From assembly GCA_965214405.1 (NCBI GenBank), contig OZ243956.1, forward strand, positions 4,288,001 to 4,352,000: a stretch of 64,000 bases of DNA. The letters run 5' to 3'. Below the pieces are notes generated by a model. That model made no database searches and was not told the DNA's origin. It saw only the letters and a list, made by a program, of their open reading frames with translations. Positions 54,548 through 64,000 of this stretch are shown piece by piece. Each line of letters begins with the position of its first letter. The stretch's first letter is position 1. A program made the position numbers and the translations under genes. This stretch comes from Trueperaceae bacterium (GTDB lineage Bacteria; Deinococcota; Deinococci; Deinococcales; Trueperaceae).

Positions 54548-55209
54548 GCGTCCCCTACGCCCAAGCGGTAGCCCCCCGGCACGGTGCGAACCACCTCCGC
54601 GGAAAGTTTGTTCCTAAGATGATGCACGCAGACCTTGACCACCCCGGTGTGAGTCGCCTCGTCGCCCCAGATAAGATCCACCAGCTCTTCCGAACGGTAG
54701 ATGCGGCCCGGTGAGAGCGCCAGACGTTCCAACAGCGCGTATTCGCGGCTCGAGAGACCCACCGGCACCCCCTGCCAACGCACGCTGCGGCTGGTCAGGT
54801 CGAGTTCTAAAGGCCCATATTCAATACGGCTCGTTTTGGTTTCGTGAACACGCCGCAAAAGCGCGCGCACCCGCGCCAAGAGTTCGGGCAGGTCAAAGGG
54901 TTTGACCACGTAGTCGTCGCCGCCTTCGTCCAGACCCATCACGCGGTCTTCCAACGCGTCTCGAGCGGTCATGAACAAAATCGGGCCGGTGTAGCCCGCG
55001 GCCCTGGCCTCGCGCGCCAGCACAAAGCCGCCGTCCTCGCTCTCGGGCAAGCGCACGTCCAAGAGCATCAGGTCGGGCTCGGCCTCCAAAAAGAGGTCTC
55101 GAGCCGTTGCCAGGTCGGGCGCGTGCCGCACCTTGTGGCCCTGGGCTGAGAGCGCGCGCAAAACGGGTGTGGCGATGTTGGCTTCGTCTTCGACCAGGAG
55201 GAGTCGCAC
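54544..55209 (-). CDS. OmpR-family response regulator
   Basis: RLLLVEDE, LLDVRLP, G.DDYVVKPF, TV.GGY. Confidence 0.92.
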   Translation of the reverse strand: MRLLLVEDEANIATPVLRALSAQGHKVRHAPDLATARDLFLEAEPDLMLLDVRLPESEDGGFVLAREARAAGYTGPILFMTARDALEDRVMGLDEGGDDYVVKPFDLPELLARVRALLRRVHETKTSRIEYGPLELDLTSRSVRWQGVPVGLSSREYALLERLALSPGRIYRSEELVDLIWGDEATHTGVVKVCVHHLRNKLSAEVVRTVPGGYRLGVGDA

Positions 55210-55305
55210 GCTTTTAGCCTACTTTATTCACGAGATAAGCATTCACGTTCGCTCCTCACGCTTCGACCAAGCGTCCCCAGGCATTTATGTGCAAGGTTGA
55301 GGTAA

Positions 55306-56061
55306 TCAACCGGTATAAAGTCCGATGTCGAAGCTTGCCATATAGCCGCCCTCGGTCCCTGTGGGCTCGAGCAGCAGCCCCGCCCCACCCTGCCGAAAGA
55401 TGCCGTCCTGCTCATTTTTAAGCGTGCGGTAACCCTTCGAGGCATAAGGCTCGCGCGCGTGTATCACGTCAGTAACGTCTTCATCAAAGAAGAATTGCGA
55501 GGTGAATTCGACGTTTCGTCCCCCCAACTCGCCGCGCACCTTGAAGTGAATATGGACCGCCCGCCCCTGATACCAACCCGGGTAGACGGTTATAAAACGC
55601 ACTTCGCCGTTATCATCGGTGACCTGATAACCGCGCAGCCAGTTCTGCCCGGTGGTGTCGAAGCTCCGGTCTCGCACGCCCGAATAGACGCCCAACGCGT
55701 CGCAGTGCCACACGTCCACCTGGGCGTTGGCAAGCGGTTCACAGCCGTTGCCAATCTCAAAAACGCGCAGGGCTAACGCGAGCGGCGCGCCCTCTTTAAC
55801 CTCGCCCGTCTGGGTGTCGGTGCGGAGGTCCGAACGGTCGAGGTTTTCGTCCACGAAATAGGGGCCTTCGGTGAGTTCCGGGGTGACGATGCAGGAGGGG
55901 TAGGTAACCGCTCCGCCCGTGCTTCCATCTATACCGCCGCTCGCGCCGCCCGACTGCCCCACCGAGCAGCCGACCAGCACCGCGGCCCCCGTCGTTCCTA
56001 AAAGCGTAAGAACCTCTCTGCGGCTCAGGACGCGCCCTACGGGTAGATCGTCGTTGTCCAT
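55306..56061 (-). CDS. Tat-exported intradiol ring-cleavage dioxygenase-like (lipo)protein
   Basis: SRREVL Tat motif, VLVGC lipobox, TEGPYF, VDVWHCD..G.YS, YPGWY.GR..HIHFK. Confidence 0.85.
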   Translation of the reverse strand: MDNDDLPVGRVLSRREVLTLLGTTGAAVLVGCSVGQSGGASGGIDGSTGGAVTYPSCIVTPELTEGPYFVDENLDRSDLRTDTQTGEVKEGAPLALALRVFEIGNGCEPLANAQVDVWHCDALGVYSGVRDRSFDTTGQNWLRGYQVTDDNGEVRFITVYPGWYQGRAVHIHFKVRGELGGRNVEFTSQFFFDEDVTDVIHAREPYASKGYRTLKNEQDGIFRQGGAGLLLEPTGTEGGYMASFDIGLYTG

Positions 56062-56154
56062 CTTCAGCTCCTTTTGCTTTTATTCTCTGCTGAAGCGCGC
56101 CGCGGCGATGGTTGCGCGCGGCGCGCTTAGCGGTTAGTCTACTAAACTCTCAAC

Positions 56155-56919
56155 TTACCTGCGCCCGCGGCGACCCTGGTCGAAACCAGGTGGGCCGGAA
56201 CCACGCGAGTCGAAACCCTGCGCTTGCGCTTCGGCCAAGTTGACCGTGTACGTTTGCGGACTTGTCGTAACTGTTACGAACGTAGCGTTCTCGGCAGCGG
56301 TGGCGAAGGAGTCCGCAAAGCCCGCCTCGCTGTCTTGCCCATAGGTAAAGCTGAGCGTGTCGGTAACTTGTCCGTTGGCTGCGGGGTCGCCGCTATAAAA
56401 GGTGGCGGTGAGGGTGCCGTCCTCTTGTAAGCCTCGAGCCCCCGCCAGCTCACGCGGCAACAGACCCCGGCCATTCAAAGGCGTCGTGACCTTGGAAAGG
56501 TCCACCGTACGCGTCTGCTCGCCAACATTAACCGTCGCGTACTGGGCGTTTTGCTGCGCCTCATCTAAGGCTTGCGCGAAGGCGACTTCGCTGTCTTGAC
56601 CGTAGGCGAAGTTGAGCGTGTCCGTGACGTTGCCGCCCGCCGCGGGGTCGCCGTCATAGAAGGTCGTTTGGACCGTCGTACCGAGCGCCAAGCGCCCGAA
56701 GGGGAAACTGCGCCCGCCAAAGTCGTCAAGGTCACCAAAGCCGTGGTGCCCTTGGCCCAAGAACGGGGTGGCGTCGCGCTGCACGCTGTCACTTTGCACA
56801 CCGCCAGTCCCGGCCCCGCCGCTCTGCGCGCCCCCGGTGACTTGCGCCCCGACCAGGCTGCCGCCGATGAGAAGGCCCGCCGCAGCGAGCGCGAGGAGAA
56901 TTGTTTTCGTCTCTTTCAT
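56155..56919 (-). CDS. Exported hypothetical protein with two ~60-aa internal repeats
   Basis: Signal peptide; TFYDGDPAAGGNVTDTLNFAYGQDSE / TFYSGDPAANGQVTDTLSFTYGQDSE. Confidence 0.75.
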   Translation of the reverse strand: MKETKTILLALAAAGLLIGGSLVGAQVTGGAQSGGAGTGGVQSDSVQRDATPFLGQGHHGFGDLDDFGGRSFPFGRLALGTTVQTTFYDGDPAAGGNVTDTLNFAYGQDSEVAFAQALDEAQQNAQYATVNVGEQTRTVDLSKVTTPLNGRGLLPRELAGARGLQEDGTLTATFYSGDPAANGQVTDTLSFTYGQDSEAGFADSFATAAENATFVTVTTSPQTYTVNLAEAQAQGFDSRGSGPPGFDQGRRGRR

Positions 56920-56987
56920 GTTTTGCTCCTTTCGTTTCTAGCAGAGCCCGTTTTCGGGCTTTTGCTAGAAAGAGCTTAGGAGCACGC

Positions 56988-57028
56988 GGTTACGGGCGGG
57001 TTATCGGCGTCGTAACCGGCTCATAACC
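56988..57028. promoter_or_regulatory. Candidate response-regulator site (two opposed 11-bp-period direct repeats)
   Basis: GGTTAC 56988 / GGTTAT 56999 and GTAACC 57012 / ATAACC 57023. Confidence 0.5.
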
Positions 57029-57622
57029 GAACGAGGTTGGCGTGCGAGACGCAGAGGGAGCGTTAACAGTTTCCTGAACTTTTGCAACGCGGCTCGAGTC
57101 GCGCTCAATCTCTGCGTTCTTGTCACCGCGCCTATAAGGACGCGTCGGCTTTGCAGCGTGCGCTGAGCAGGCTGTATGACGGCGTGGTGGCTAGGCTGCC
57201 GAAGCTCGAGTCGCTAATCCGCGACGTCTCGAGTTTTGAAACTTGAAGCTGACTCTCGCGTCCTGCAGCAGGGAACAGTCCGGTTTGAGCGAGATGCAGT
57301 CTGGCGACGGCATCTCATACGAGTTTGCATTCATTACTGAGCAGGCGAAACCCTGCCCGCTCATCCATTACTGCAAACCCGTCTCCTTTTTCACTCGCTC
57401 TGCTCGTCCTTAACTTCTTTGCTGCGCTCAGTCGTCAAGGCAAAATGGTATCATAAAGCGAATCTCGCTCAACTTCTGGTGTAACCCAGGAAGTTTACAG
57501 ACCTCACGCTTTTCTCGCATTTTTTGGAACAAAAGCAGTAACCAACGGCGTCTAGCGACCCGGCAAGATAAACGGCGAAATCGTCCAATAAACGTTCTCG
57601 AACCGCTCAACCTCCGCGTGGG

Positions 57623-58432
57623 TCAAGCGTCTCCCAGGGTGAGGGCGGCCTCGAGCGCCGCCACCACGCCGCAGTCGTCCACTTCGCCGACGACTCTCTC
57701 AAAGCGTGACCGCATCTTTTCGGGCGCGTTGCCCATCACGACGGGGTGGCCGACGAGCTCGAGCATGGGCAAGTCGCCCGTCGAGTCGCCCACGCCCATC
57801 ACGTTCTCCAAAGACACCCTGAGCGTGTCGGCGAGTTCGCGGGCGGCGGCCCCCTTGGAGACGCCCTTGCGGGTGATGCTTACGAAAAGCGTGTCGGGCA
57901 TCATGGGTGACGTGGCCTGGGAGAACTGGAGACCCGCGGGCGCGAACGACTCGGCGGCGTCTAATTGGTCGGGGCGAATCACCCACTGCGCGCGCACCAC
58001 GGGCTCATTTTCGGCAACGTCATTAAGGTCGTGGACGATGGCCGTGACGCCGATCATCTTGGCGTGGGCCTCGCTCAGGGGCGTTTTGCGCTCGACGAAG
58101 AGGGTGCTGGGGGTGTAGAGCTCCAAGACCAGCGAGCGGCTGCGGGCGTGCTCGATAAGTCCTTTGGTCAGCGCCTCTTTGAGCGCGAACGCCTGGAGCG
58201 TCTCGCCGCTGCCGTAGGCCAAAAGCGCGCCGCTCTGAAAGATGTGCGGGGTGTTGGGTCCCAACCGCTGCGCCACGCGCTGCGCCACGCCCGCGCAGGG
58301 GCGGCCCGTGCAGACGGCCAACTTGACGCCGCCCGCTCGAGCCTTTTCCGCCGCCTCCCACACGCAGTCTTTCACCCCGCCGGAGGAGCCTATCAGGGTC
58401 CCGTCGATGTCGAGCAGCACGAGCGGAATCAC
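57623..58432 (-). CDS. Cof-type HAD-IIB hydrolase
   Basis: LDIDGTL, CTGR, VSKG, GDS..D.PM, MGNA. Confidence 0.9.
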   Translation of the reverse strand: MIPLVLLDIDGTLIGSSGGVKDCVWEAAEKARAGGVKLAVCTGRPCAGVAQRVAQRLGPNTPHIFQSGALLAYGSGETLQAFALKEALTKGLIEHARSRSLVLELYTPSTLFVERKTPLSEAHAKMIGVTAIVHDLNDVAENEPVVRAQWVIRPDQLDAAESFAPAGLQFSQATSPMMPDTLFVSITRKGVSKGAAARELADTLRVSLENVMGVGDSTGDLPMLELVGHPVVMGNAPEKMRSRFERVVGEVDDCGVVAALEAALTLGDA

Positions 58433-60246
58433 GAGGTGGGCTCTAGACTGCGTTCCGGTTCGATATCGACCTGAGATGCGCCGCTGGATTCATCAACCAC
58501 GCGCAGGTGGAGCTCATTGAGTTGCGCGGGCTCCAAAGGCCCCGGCGCGCCCGTTAGGGGGTCCGCGCCCCGCTGATTTTTGGGAAACGCGATCACGTCG
58601 CGGATGCTCCTCGTCTTGGCGAGCAGCATGACCAGGCGGTCGAGCCCCCAGGCGATGCCGCCGTGGGGCGGCGCGCCGTAAGCGAGCGCGTCCAAAAAGA
58701 AGCCGAAACGCGCCTGCGCTTCTTCGTCGGAAAAACCCAGCGCCTCGAACATCCTTTTCTGAACGTCCAGACGGTGGATACGCAGCGAGCCGCCGCCGAC
58801 CTCGTTGCCGTTAAGCACCAGGTCGTACGCCCAGGCGCGGACGCTTTGTGGGTCGGTCTCGAGCCTCGCTAGGTCTTCATCCAAGGGCCGGGTAAAGGGA
58901 TGGTGCATGTACGTCATGCCCCCGTCCTCCTCCACGCTCAGGAGCGGGAAATCTACCACCCAGAGGAAGTTGAGCGCGTTCTCGTCGGCTACTCCTAAGT
59001 CACGCCCGAGCTTGAGCCGCACCGCGCCGAGCGCTTCGCAAGCGCCCAGCCAGGCGTCGGCTATGAGCAGGAGCAGGTCGCCCGGTTCGGGCGCGTGTGT
59101 TTTGAGCCCCGCCACCTCGCGCTCTGACAAAAATTTGGCGATGGGTCCGCTAAACCCTTCCTCGTCGCGGCGCAGCCAGGCCAGACCCTTGGCCCCGTGG
59201 CGTTTGGCGTGGGCCTCAAGCTCGCTCAAACCCTTGCGGCTGAGCGTGGTCGCGTGTTCGGCAACCACGGGCAAGGCTTTAATCACGCCGCCCGCCTCCA
59301 ACACGCTCCCGAAGCCGCGAAACTCGGTGCCGGTGAATGTTTCGGACACGTCCGTCAGCTCGAGCCCAAAGCGGGTGTCGGGTTTGTCCGAGCCAAAGCG
59401 GTTCATCGCCCCTAAGTACGAAAGGCGCGGGAAGGGTGTCTCGATATCGCGGCCCAGCGCCTCCTCGACCACGTGCTGCATCAGCCTCTCGTTGAGTTCC
59501 AACACATCTTCTTGCGTGACGAACGACATTTCTAAGTCGAGCTGGGTAAAGTCGGGCTGCCTATCGGCGCGGCTGTCCTCGTCGCGGAAGCAGCGCGCGA
59601 GCTGGAAGTAGCGGTCAAAGCCGCCCATCATCAGCATCTGTTTGAAAAGCTGCGGGGACTGCGGCAGCGCGTAAAAGTTTCCTGCCGTCCCCCGCGTAGG
59701 CACCACGTAGTCGCGCGCGCCCTCGGGCGTCGAGAGCGTTAACAGGGGCGTTTCTATTTGGATAAACCCTTCGCGGTCTAAAAAGTCCCAGATGGCCTTG
59801 CTGATGCGGTGGCGCAAGAGGAGCGGGCGCGCGGCCTCGGCGCGGCGCAGGTCTAGGTAGCGGTAGCGCAGACGCAGGTCTTCGCTCACATCATTCGCGT
59901 CCACGCTGCCGTCGACCTGAAAGGGCGGCGTCTGGGCCTCGGAAAGCACGGTGATGCCGTCGGCGACGACTTCGATAGCGCCCGTGGGGCCGTCCATCCG
60001 CTCCCCCTCCGGGCGCAGGCGGACGGTACCCGACACCTCCACCACGTATTCGCTATGGAGCGTTTTCGCTCTTTCAAAAGCCGCGGTTCCCGGCTCCACG
60101 GTCACCTGCACCGTGCCCGCGCGGTCGCGGAGGACGACGAAAACGACGCCCCCCTTGTTGCGCACGCGGTTGACCCAGCCTTGCAGGACGACCTTGTGCC
60201 CTGCGTGTTCGGCGCGCAACGCGCCGCAGTAGTCTGTTCGTCTCAT
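58429..60246 (-). CDS. aspS: Aspartate--tRNA ligase
   Basis: RT.YCG.LR, RYLDLRR, STPEGARDY, LPQSPQLFKQ, GAPPHGG.A.GLDR, IRDVIAFPK. Confidence 0.97.
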   Translation of the reverse strand: MRRTDYCGALRAEHAGHKVVLQGWVNRVRNKGGVVFVVLRDRAGTVQVTVEPGTAAFERAKTLHSEYVVEVSGTVRLRPEGERMDGPTGAIEVVADGITVLSEAQTPPFQVDGSVDANDVSEDLRLRYRYLDLRRAEAARPLLLRHRISKAIWDFLDREGFIQIETPLLTLSTPEGARDYVVPTRGTAGNFYALPQSPQLFKQMLMMGGFDRYFQLARCFRDEDSRADRQPDFTQLDLEMSFVTQEDVLELNERLMQHVVEEALGRDIETPFPRLSYLGAMNRFGSDKPDTRFGLELTDVSETFTGTEFRGFGSVLEAGGVIKALPVVAEHATTLSRKGLSELEAHAKRHGAKGLAWLRRDEEGFSGPIAKFLSEREVAGLKTHAPEPGDLLLLIADAWLGACEALGAVRLKLGRDLGVADENALNFLWVVDFPLLSVEEDGGMTYMHHPFTRPLDEDLARLETDPQSVRAWAYDLVLNGNEVGGGSLRIHRLDVQKRMFEALGFSDEEAQARFGFFLDALAYGAPPHGGIAWGLDRLVMLLAKTRSIRDVIAFPKNQRGADPLTGAPGPLEPAQLNELHLRVVDESSGASQVDIEPERSLEPTS

Positions 60247-60374
60247 GATGACCTTTCGTTGATTGAAAAGTGGGTGGGAAGTGGTGCTTTGAGTGCAGCT
60301 TAGGCGGTGACGCCGGTCGCAACCGTAGAATTTACGACATTAAACTTAATTTGATACTAACCCAAACGTGCCGA

Positions 60375-61658
60375 CTAACCCACGGTGTCTGCGACGGGCT
60401 CGAGCCCTCCAGCAAGAAACAAAGCCAGCTCGTTCTCCCTTACAAAGCTCTGCGCCCCGCTCGCCAGGTGCTTGAGCGCGTAGCCGCCCTTTACGCGCTC
60501 CTCCGGCCCGCGCAGCCCTGCGTAAACCGCCTCCGCCCGGTCTGCGTCGCGCAGGCCCTTGCCGGGGTTGCGCCTCGCGTAGGCATGTTCGACCGCGTAA
60601 CGCTCGCGCAGCGCGTAAGCCGTCCTAGCCACCTCAGCCACCGCCTCGTCGTCCAAAGGGACCAAAAAAAGCGCGGGCGGGGGCGCGGCGGGGAAGGTGA
60701 CATCGTCCTCTAGAAGCGCATCCAACACCCGCTCCACCCCGAAGGCCCAACCGACGCCGGGCGTGGGCGGCCCGCCCAGACTCTCCACAAGCCCGTCGTA
60801 GCGCCCCCCACCACAGAGCGCCGACTGCGCGCCGATGCCCGCGTGGTGAACCTCAAACGCGGTGCGGCGGTAGTAGTCGAGCCCACGCACGATACCGGGG
60901 TCCACCTCGAAAGGAATCTCCCAATCGCTTAAAAAGCCGCTCACCGCCTCGAAATGCGCCTTGGCTGCGGGGTTGAGGAACTCGAGCGGCCTTTTAAGAT
61001 TCTTAATAATCCGCTGGTCGCTCTCGTCTTTGCTGTCTAGCACGCGCATCGGGTTGAGTTTTAGGCGCTCTCGAGACGTGGGGGAAAGGTCGCCCGCCCT
61101 GGCCTCCAGCTCACCGCGCAGGTACGCGTTATAAGCCTCCCGGTCCTCCGGGTCGCCGACCGAGCCGAGTTTGACGGTGAGGCCTTTTAGGCCGCACGTC
61201 TCTAATACCCGGTAGAGGAGCGCGATGGCCTCCGCGTCCACAAGAGGTGACTCGAGCCCCAAAAATTCACAGTTGACCTGGTGAAACTGCCTAAAACGCC
61301 CCCGCTGCGGCCTCTCCGCCCGGAAGATGGGGCCGCGGCTCCAGAGCTTGACCGGCGTCGGGCGCGTGTGAAAGCCCCTTTCGATAAACGCGCGCATCAC
61401 GCCGCCCGTAAATTCGGGGCGCAGCGTCAGGGAGCGCCCGCCCGCGTCCTCAAAGGTGTACATCTCTTTTTGCACGACCAAATCCGACGACGCCCCCACC
61501 GACTTAACAAAAACCTCGCTCTGCTCAAAGACCGGCGGGGAGATTTCCTGCACGCCCGCGCGCCCCAAAACCTCTTCGGTGACGCTGTACACGTAACGCC
61601 AGCGTGGTTGGTCCTCGGGCAGAATGTCGTAAGTGCCTCTTACCGCTTGCAGCTTCAT
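60375..61658 (-). CDS. hisS: Histidine--tRNA ligase
   Basis: RGT.DILP, KEMYTF.D..GR...LRPE.T, R.ERPQ.GR.RQF.Q, VRGLDYY, GGGRYD. Confidence 0.97.
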   Translation of the reverse strand: MKLQAVRGTYDILPEDQPRWRYVYSVTEEVLGRAGVQEISPPVFEQSEVFVKSVGASSDLVVQKEMYTFEDAGGRSLTLRPEFTGGVMRAFIERGFHTRPTPVKLWSRGPIFRAERPQRGRFRQFHQVNCEFLGLESPLVDAEAIALLYRVLETCGLKGLTVKLGSVGDPEDREAYNAYLRGELEARAGDLSPTSRERLKLNPMRVLDSKDESDQRIIKNLKRPLEFLNPAAKAHFEAVSGFLSDWEIPFEVDPGIVRGLDYYRRTAFEVHHAGIGAQSALCGGGRYDGLVESLGGPPTPGVGWAFGVERVLDALLEDDVTFPAAPPPALFLVPLDDEAVAEVARTAYALRERYAVEHAYARRNPGKGLRDADRAEAVYAGLRGPEERVKGGYALKHLASGAQSFVRENELALFLAGGLEPVADTVG

Positions 61659-61747
61659 AAGCGTAGAGTCTAGCACGCTTGAAGAGGCCGGGGGAGAGGC
61701 CAGAGTGGGGGGGGTCGGGGCGAGAAAGACGGGCGTGGGGCTCGAGT

Positions 61748-62122
61748 TTAGGGCAAGTTGGCAGGCAAACCGTTACTCATCACGCCCCGCGACACGACGA
61801 ATACGTAACCGCTGCCCGCGCCCTCGGGAACGGGCACCACGATGCGCGTCGCGTTCCACGAGCTTGCGGGGGCTACTACGCCGCCGTTCCCGCTGATGTC
61901 CGCGCCCACAATCACGTAACTCTCCGCCGCGCCGCCCGAAAAACCGTCGCCAAAGTAACGCCCTTGCAAGAGCACGTCGCTTTCGTCGCCTTGCGGCACG
62001 GACACGGAAATAAGCGTGGGTAACACGTTGTTTTGTATATTGATGGAGGGGCCGCACGCGGCAAGAACACCGAGTAGGGCCGTCACAGCCAAAAGGCGAT
62101 AGGGAAAGGTCAAGCGCTTCAA
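61748..62122 (-). CDS. Lipoprotein with IPT/TIG-like domain
   Basis: TTG start with SD GAGGAGG, lipobox LAAC, SW..TRIVV.VP.GAG.G.VFV. Confidence 0.7.
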   Translation of the reverse strand: MKRLTFPYRLLAVTALLGVLAACGPSINIQNNVLPTLISVSVPQGDESDVLLQGRYFGDGFSGGAAESYVIVGADISGNGGVVAPASSWNATRIVVPVPEGAGSGYVFVVSRGVMSNGLPANLP

Positions 62123-62385
62123 AGTAGCCTCCTCGAGCGGCGCGCGGCTGGCTAAACAGGCGCACCTAAAAACACACTGAGTATAGGGGGCGCTACGGGG
62201 CGGCGCTGTGGAAGTTCTCATTCCCCGCGCGGGGTGGGGAGCCTACCTGCATTCTTTTGAGCGTGGGGTGTCCAAAGTGTTAATATCGACCCTACAAAGT
62301 GCCTTCTCAACTTCACGCGTACAGCTCCACAGGGTTGTCAGGCTGCTAAGAGTCCAGAAGTAACCAGAAGTAAAAGGAGAAACTT

Positions 62386-62589
62386 ATGACCTGGGACGAA
62401 ATCAGAACCGACTGGGACACCTATCAAGAGAACGCCAAACGCGCCTGGCCGCAGGTGCCCGCAAGCGACATCGAGGCGACCGGCGGCGACCGCGAGGCGC
62501 TTATCGATATAGTTCAAGAAAACCTCGACTTTTCGCGCGAGGCGGCGGGGCTCAAGGTGGACAACTGGGCCGAAACCCTGAACGCCTAA
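62386..62589 (+). CDS. CsbD/YjbJ-like stress protein
   Basis: MTWDEI...W......K..W.....DI....G.RE.L...VQE; SD AAGGAG. Confidence 0.75.
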   Translation: MTWDEIRTDWDTYQENAKRAWPQVPASDIEATGGDREALIDIVQENLDFSREAAGLKVDNWAETLNA

Positions 62590-62696
62590 TTCAGAGTTTT
62601 ACAGACGCTCGGTAAACGTACTGATATAAAGTTCTCTTTCAGCGACGGTGTCAATCACCTCACGTTACCCGCCCGACGGGGGGTCGTAACCCTCTT

Positions 62697-63335
62697 CTAT
62701 TCGTCCGTATCGAAACTGGAATCAAAGGGTAGCTCGAGGTGCTCATACAATCGCGCGACGCTCTTCCTTAACATCTCGACCTCGTTTCTGAGCCTGTCTA
62801 TTTCTTCTGTTTGCGACGCGGCGGGCCTGGCGCGCGGTTTTTGCTTTGTTTCGTCGCGGCCCAGCGTGTGCCCCCAGCGGTCTTGGCTCTGGCCGGGGCC
62901 GCGGCCAAAGTTTTTGGCGAGCGTGGGCTGGTGGGCCTCGAGCCGTCCCAGCGCCTCCTCGACCTCGCTCACGTCGTCAAAATAGACGTAGCGCTCGGTG
63001 CGGCTCCGCAACTCGCCGGGCGTCTGTTTGCCGCGGAGCATCAGGACGACCAGCACGGCCATCCCCTGCGCGCTGAGGTTTAGCGCCTCGTCCAGCTTGT
63101 GCTGGTGCTTGTACACGCGCTCGTTGGCGGCGCGCGTGGTGCTGACCAAGCCCTTGTCGCGGAGCGTCTGGAGCGTGCTCTCGACCTCGTCTTGGGAAAG
63201 CTCGAGCACGGGGTCGCGGTTCGTCCTCTGGTTGCACGCGCTAAGGAGTGAGTTGGTCGTGAGCGGGTAGAGGTCGGGCGTGGTGCGCTCTTTTTCCAAC
63301 AAACTGCCCAGTACCCGGATTTCGGCGTCGCTCAT
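62697..63335 (-). CDS. YceH (DUF480) family protein
   Basis: E.RVLG.L.EK..TTPD.YPLT.NSL..ACNQ.TNRDPV, LMLRG.QTPGELR.R. Confidence 0.9.
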   Translation of the reverse strand: MSDAEIRVLGSLLEKERTTPDLYPLTTNSLLSACNQRTNRDPVLELSQDEVESTLQTLRDKGLVSTTRAANERVYKHQHKLDEALNLSAQGMAVLVVLMLRGKQTPGELRSRTERYVYFDDVSEVEEALGRLEAHQPTLAKNFGRGPGQSQDRWGHTLGRDETKQKPRARPAASQTEEIDRLRNEVEMLRKSVARLYEHLELPFDSSFDTDE

Positions 63336-63569
63336 GGGTTTGAAAGGGTGCTAGGAAGTGTGATAAGGGTGGTGCAAACGTTCATGCTTAACTTTATCAT
63401 GCGGTGCTGGGCGGTTCTATTCAGTTTTCTAGGACATAGCGGTTTTCACAAAGTTTGAACTTGTTTAGCGCACGTATCATCACCGTGACTACCTAAGGGA
63501 CAAAGTATGGACCACACTCGCTCAAGTTGGATTATTTTTGCTCATACATCACCCATAGAGAGGCGAACT

Positions 63570-64000
63570 GTGAACGACTCAACCCAACCTACGCCAAGCG
63601 GAAAAAGTGCCCCCCCGGCCTCGTCAGAGCTCGAGGTCTGGCTGCGCGGCCCCGTTGAGGGGGTTCACCCGCTTCTGCAACCCGCCGCGCACGCGCTGCT
63701 CCAGGCGAGAGAAGAAGTAGAAGACGCTCTCAAGGATTTCCCAGACGATTTACTCTGGGAGCGGCCTGCGGGCGTGGCCTCGGTCGGGTTTCATCTGCAA
63801 CACTTGGCGGGCGTGATAGGGCGCCTTTTCACCTACGCTCGCGGCGAGAGTTTGAGCGAGGCGCAGCTCGAGGCTCTGGCGAGAGAGGGCGAGGCCCAAC
63901 CCGGCGACACGGTAGAGAGTTTGCTCGAGGCCTTTCGCGCTGGAGTAAACGCGGCGGTTGGGGCCTTGCGAACGAATGGGGGCGAGGGGCTGCTCGAGGC
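63570..64000 (+). CDS. DinB family protein (partial, runs off the window)
   Basis: EVWLRGPVEGV.PLLQPAAHALLQA.EE, LW.RPAG.ASVGFHLQHL.G...RL.TYA.G. Confidence 0.8.
   Translation, partial: MNDSTQPTPSGKSAPPASSELEVWLRGPVEGVHPLLQPAAHALLQAREEVEDALKDFPDDLLWERPAGVASVGFHLQHLAGVIGRLFTYARGESLSEAQLEALAREGEAQPGDTVESLLEAFRAGVNAAVGALRTNGGEGLLE

Overview
GC-rich (roughly 60-65%) bacterial chromosome segment, most likely Deinococcota (Trueperaceae-like). This assignment is inferred from a Thermus-type icd, DUF5693-csaB, an HspR/HAIR-type clpB promoter and many leaderless TANNNT promoters. Housekeeping genes (csp, tyrS, pfkA, clpB, icd, lpdA, pyrG-udk, hisS-aspS, ktrBA) are interspersed with transporters, two OmpR-family two-component loci, a toxin-antitoxin/accessory cluster (22.3-25.3 kb), several pseudogene fragments and an internally deleted IS4-like remnant. 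No rRNA, tRNA or CRISPR array was seen. The most unusual signals lie in the DNA itself. (1) The palindrome CTCGAG is about 10-fold over-represented, occurs in all reading frames and between genes (HIP-like), and appears to be surrounded by AT-shifted codons. (2) A Uma2 endonuclease gene is bracketed by a ~33-bp degenerate direct repeat that duplicates the upstream gene end plus a leaderless promoter. (3) Candidate uORF/anti-SD attenuators precede an ABC-F gene and an EamA exporter. (4) Short tandem duplications recur at stop codons. All product calls come from motif recognition by eye; no database search was run.
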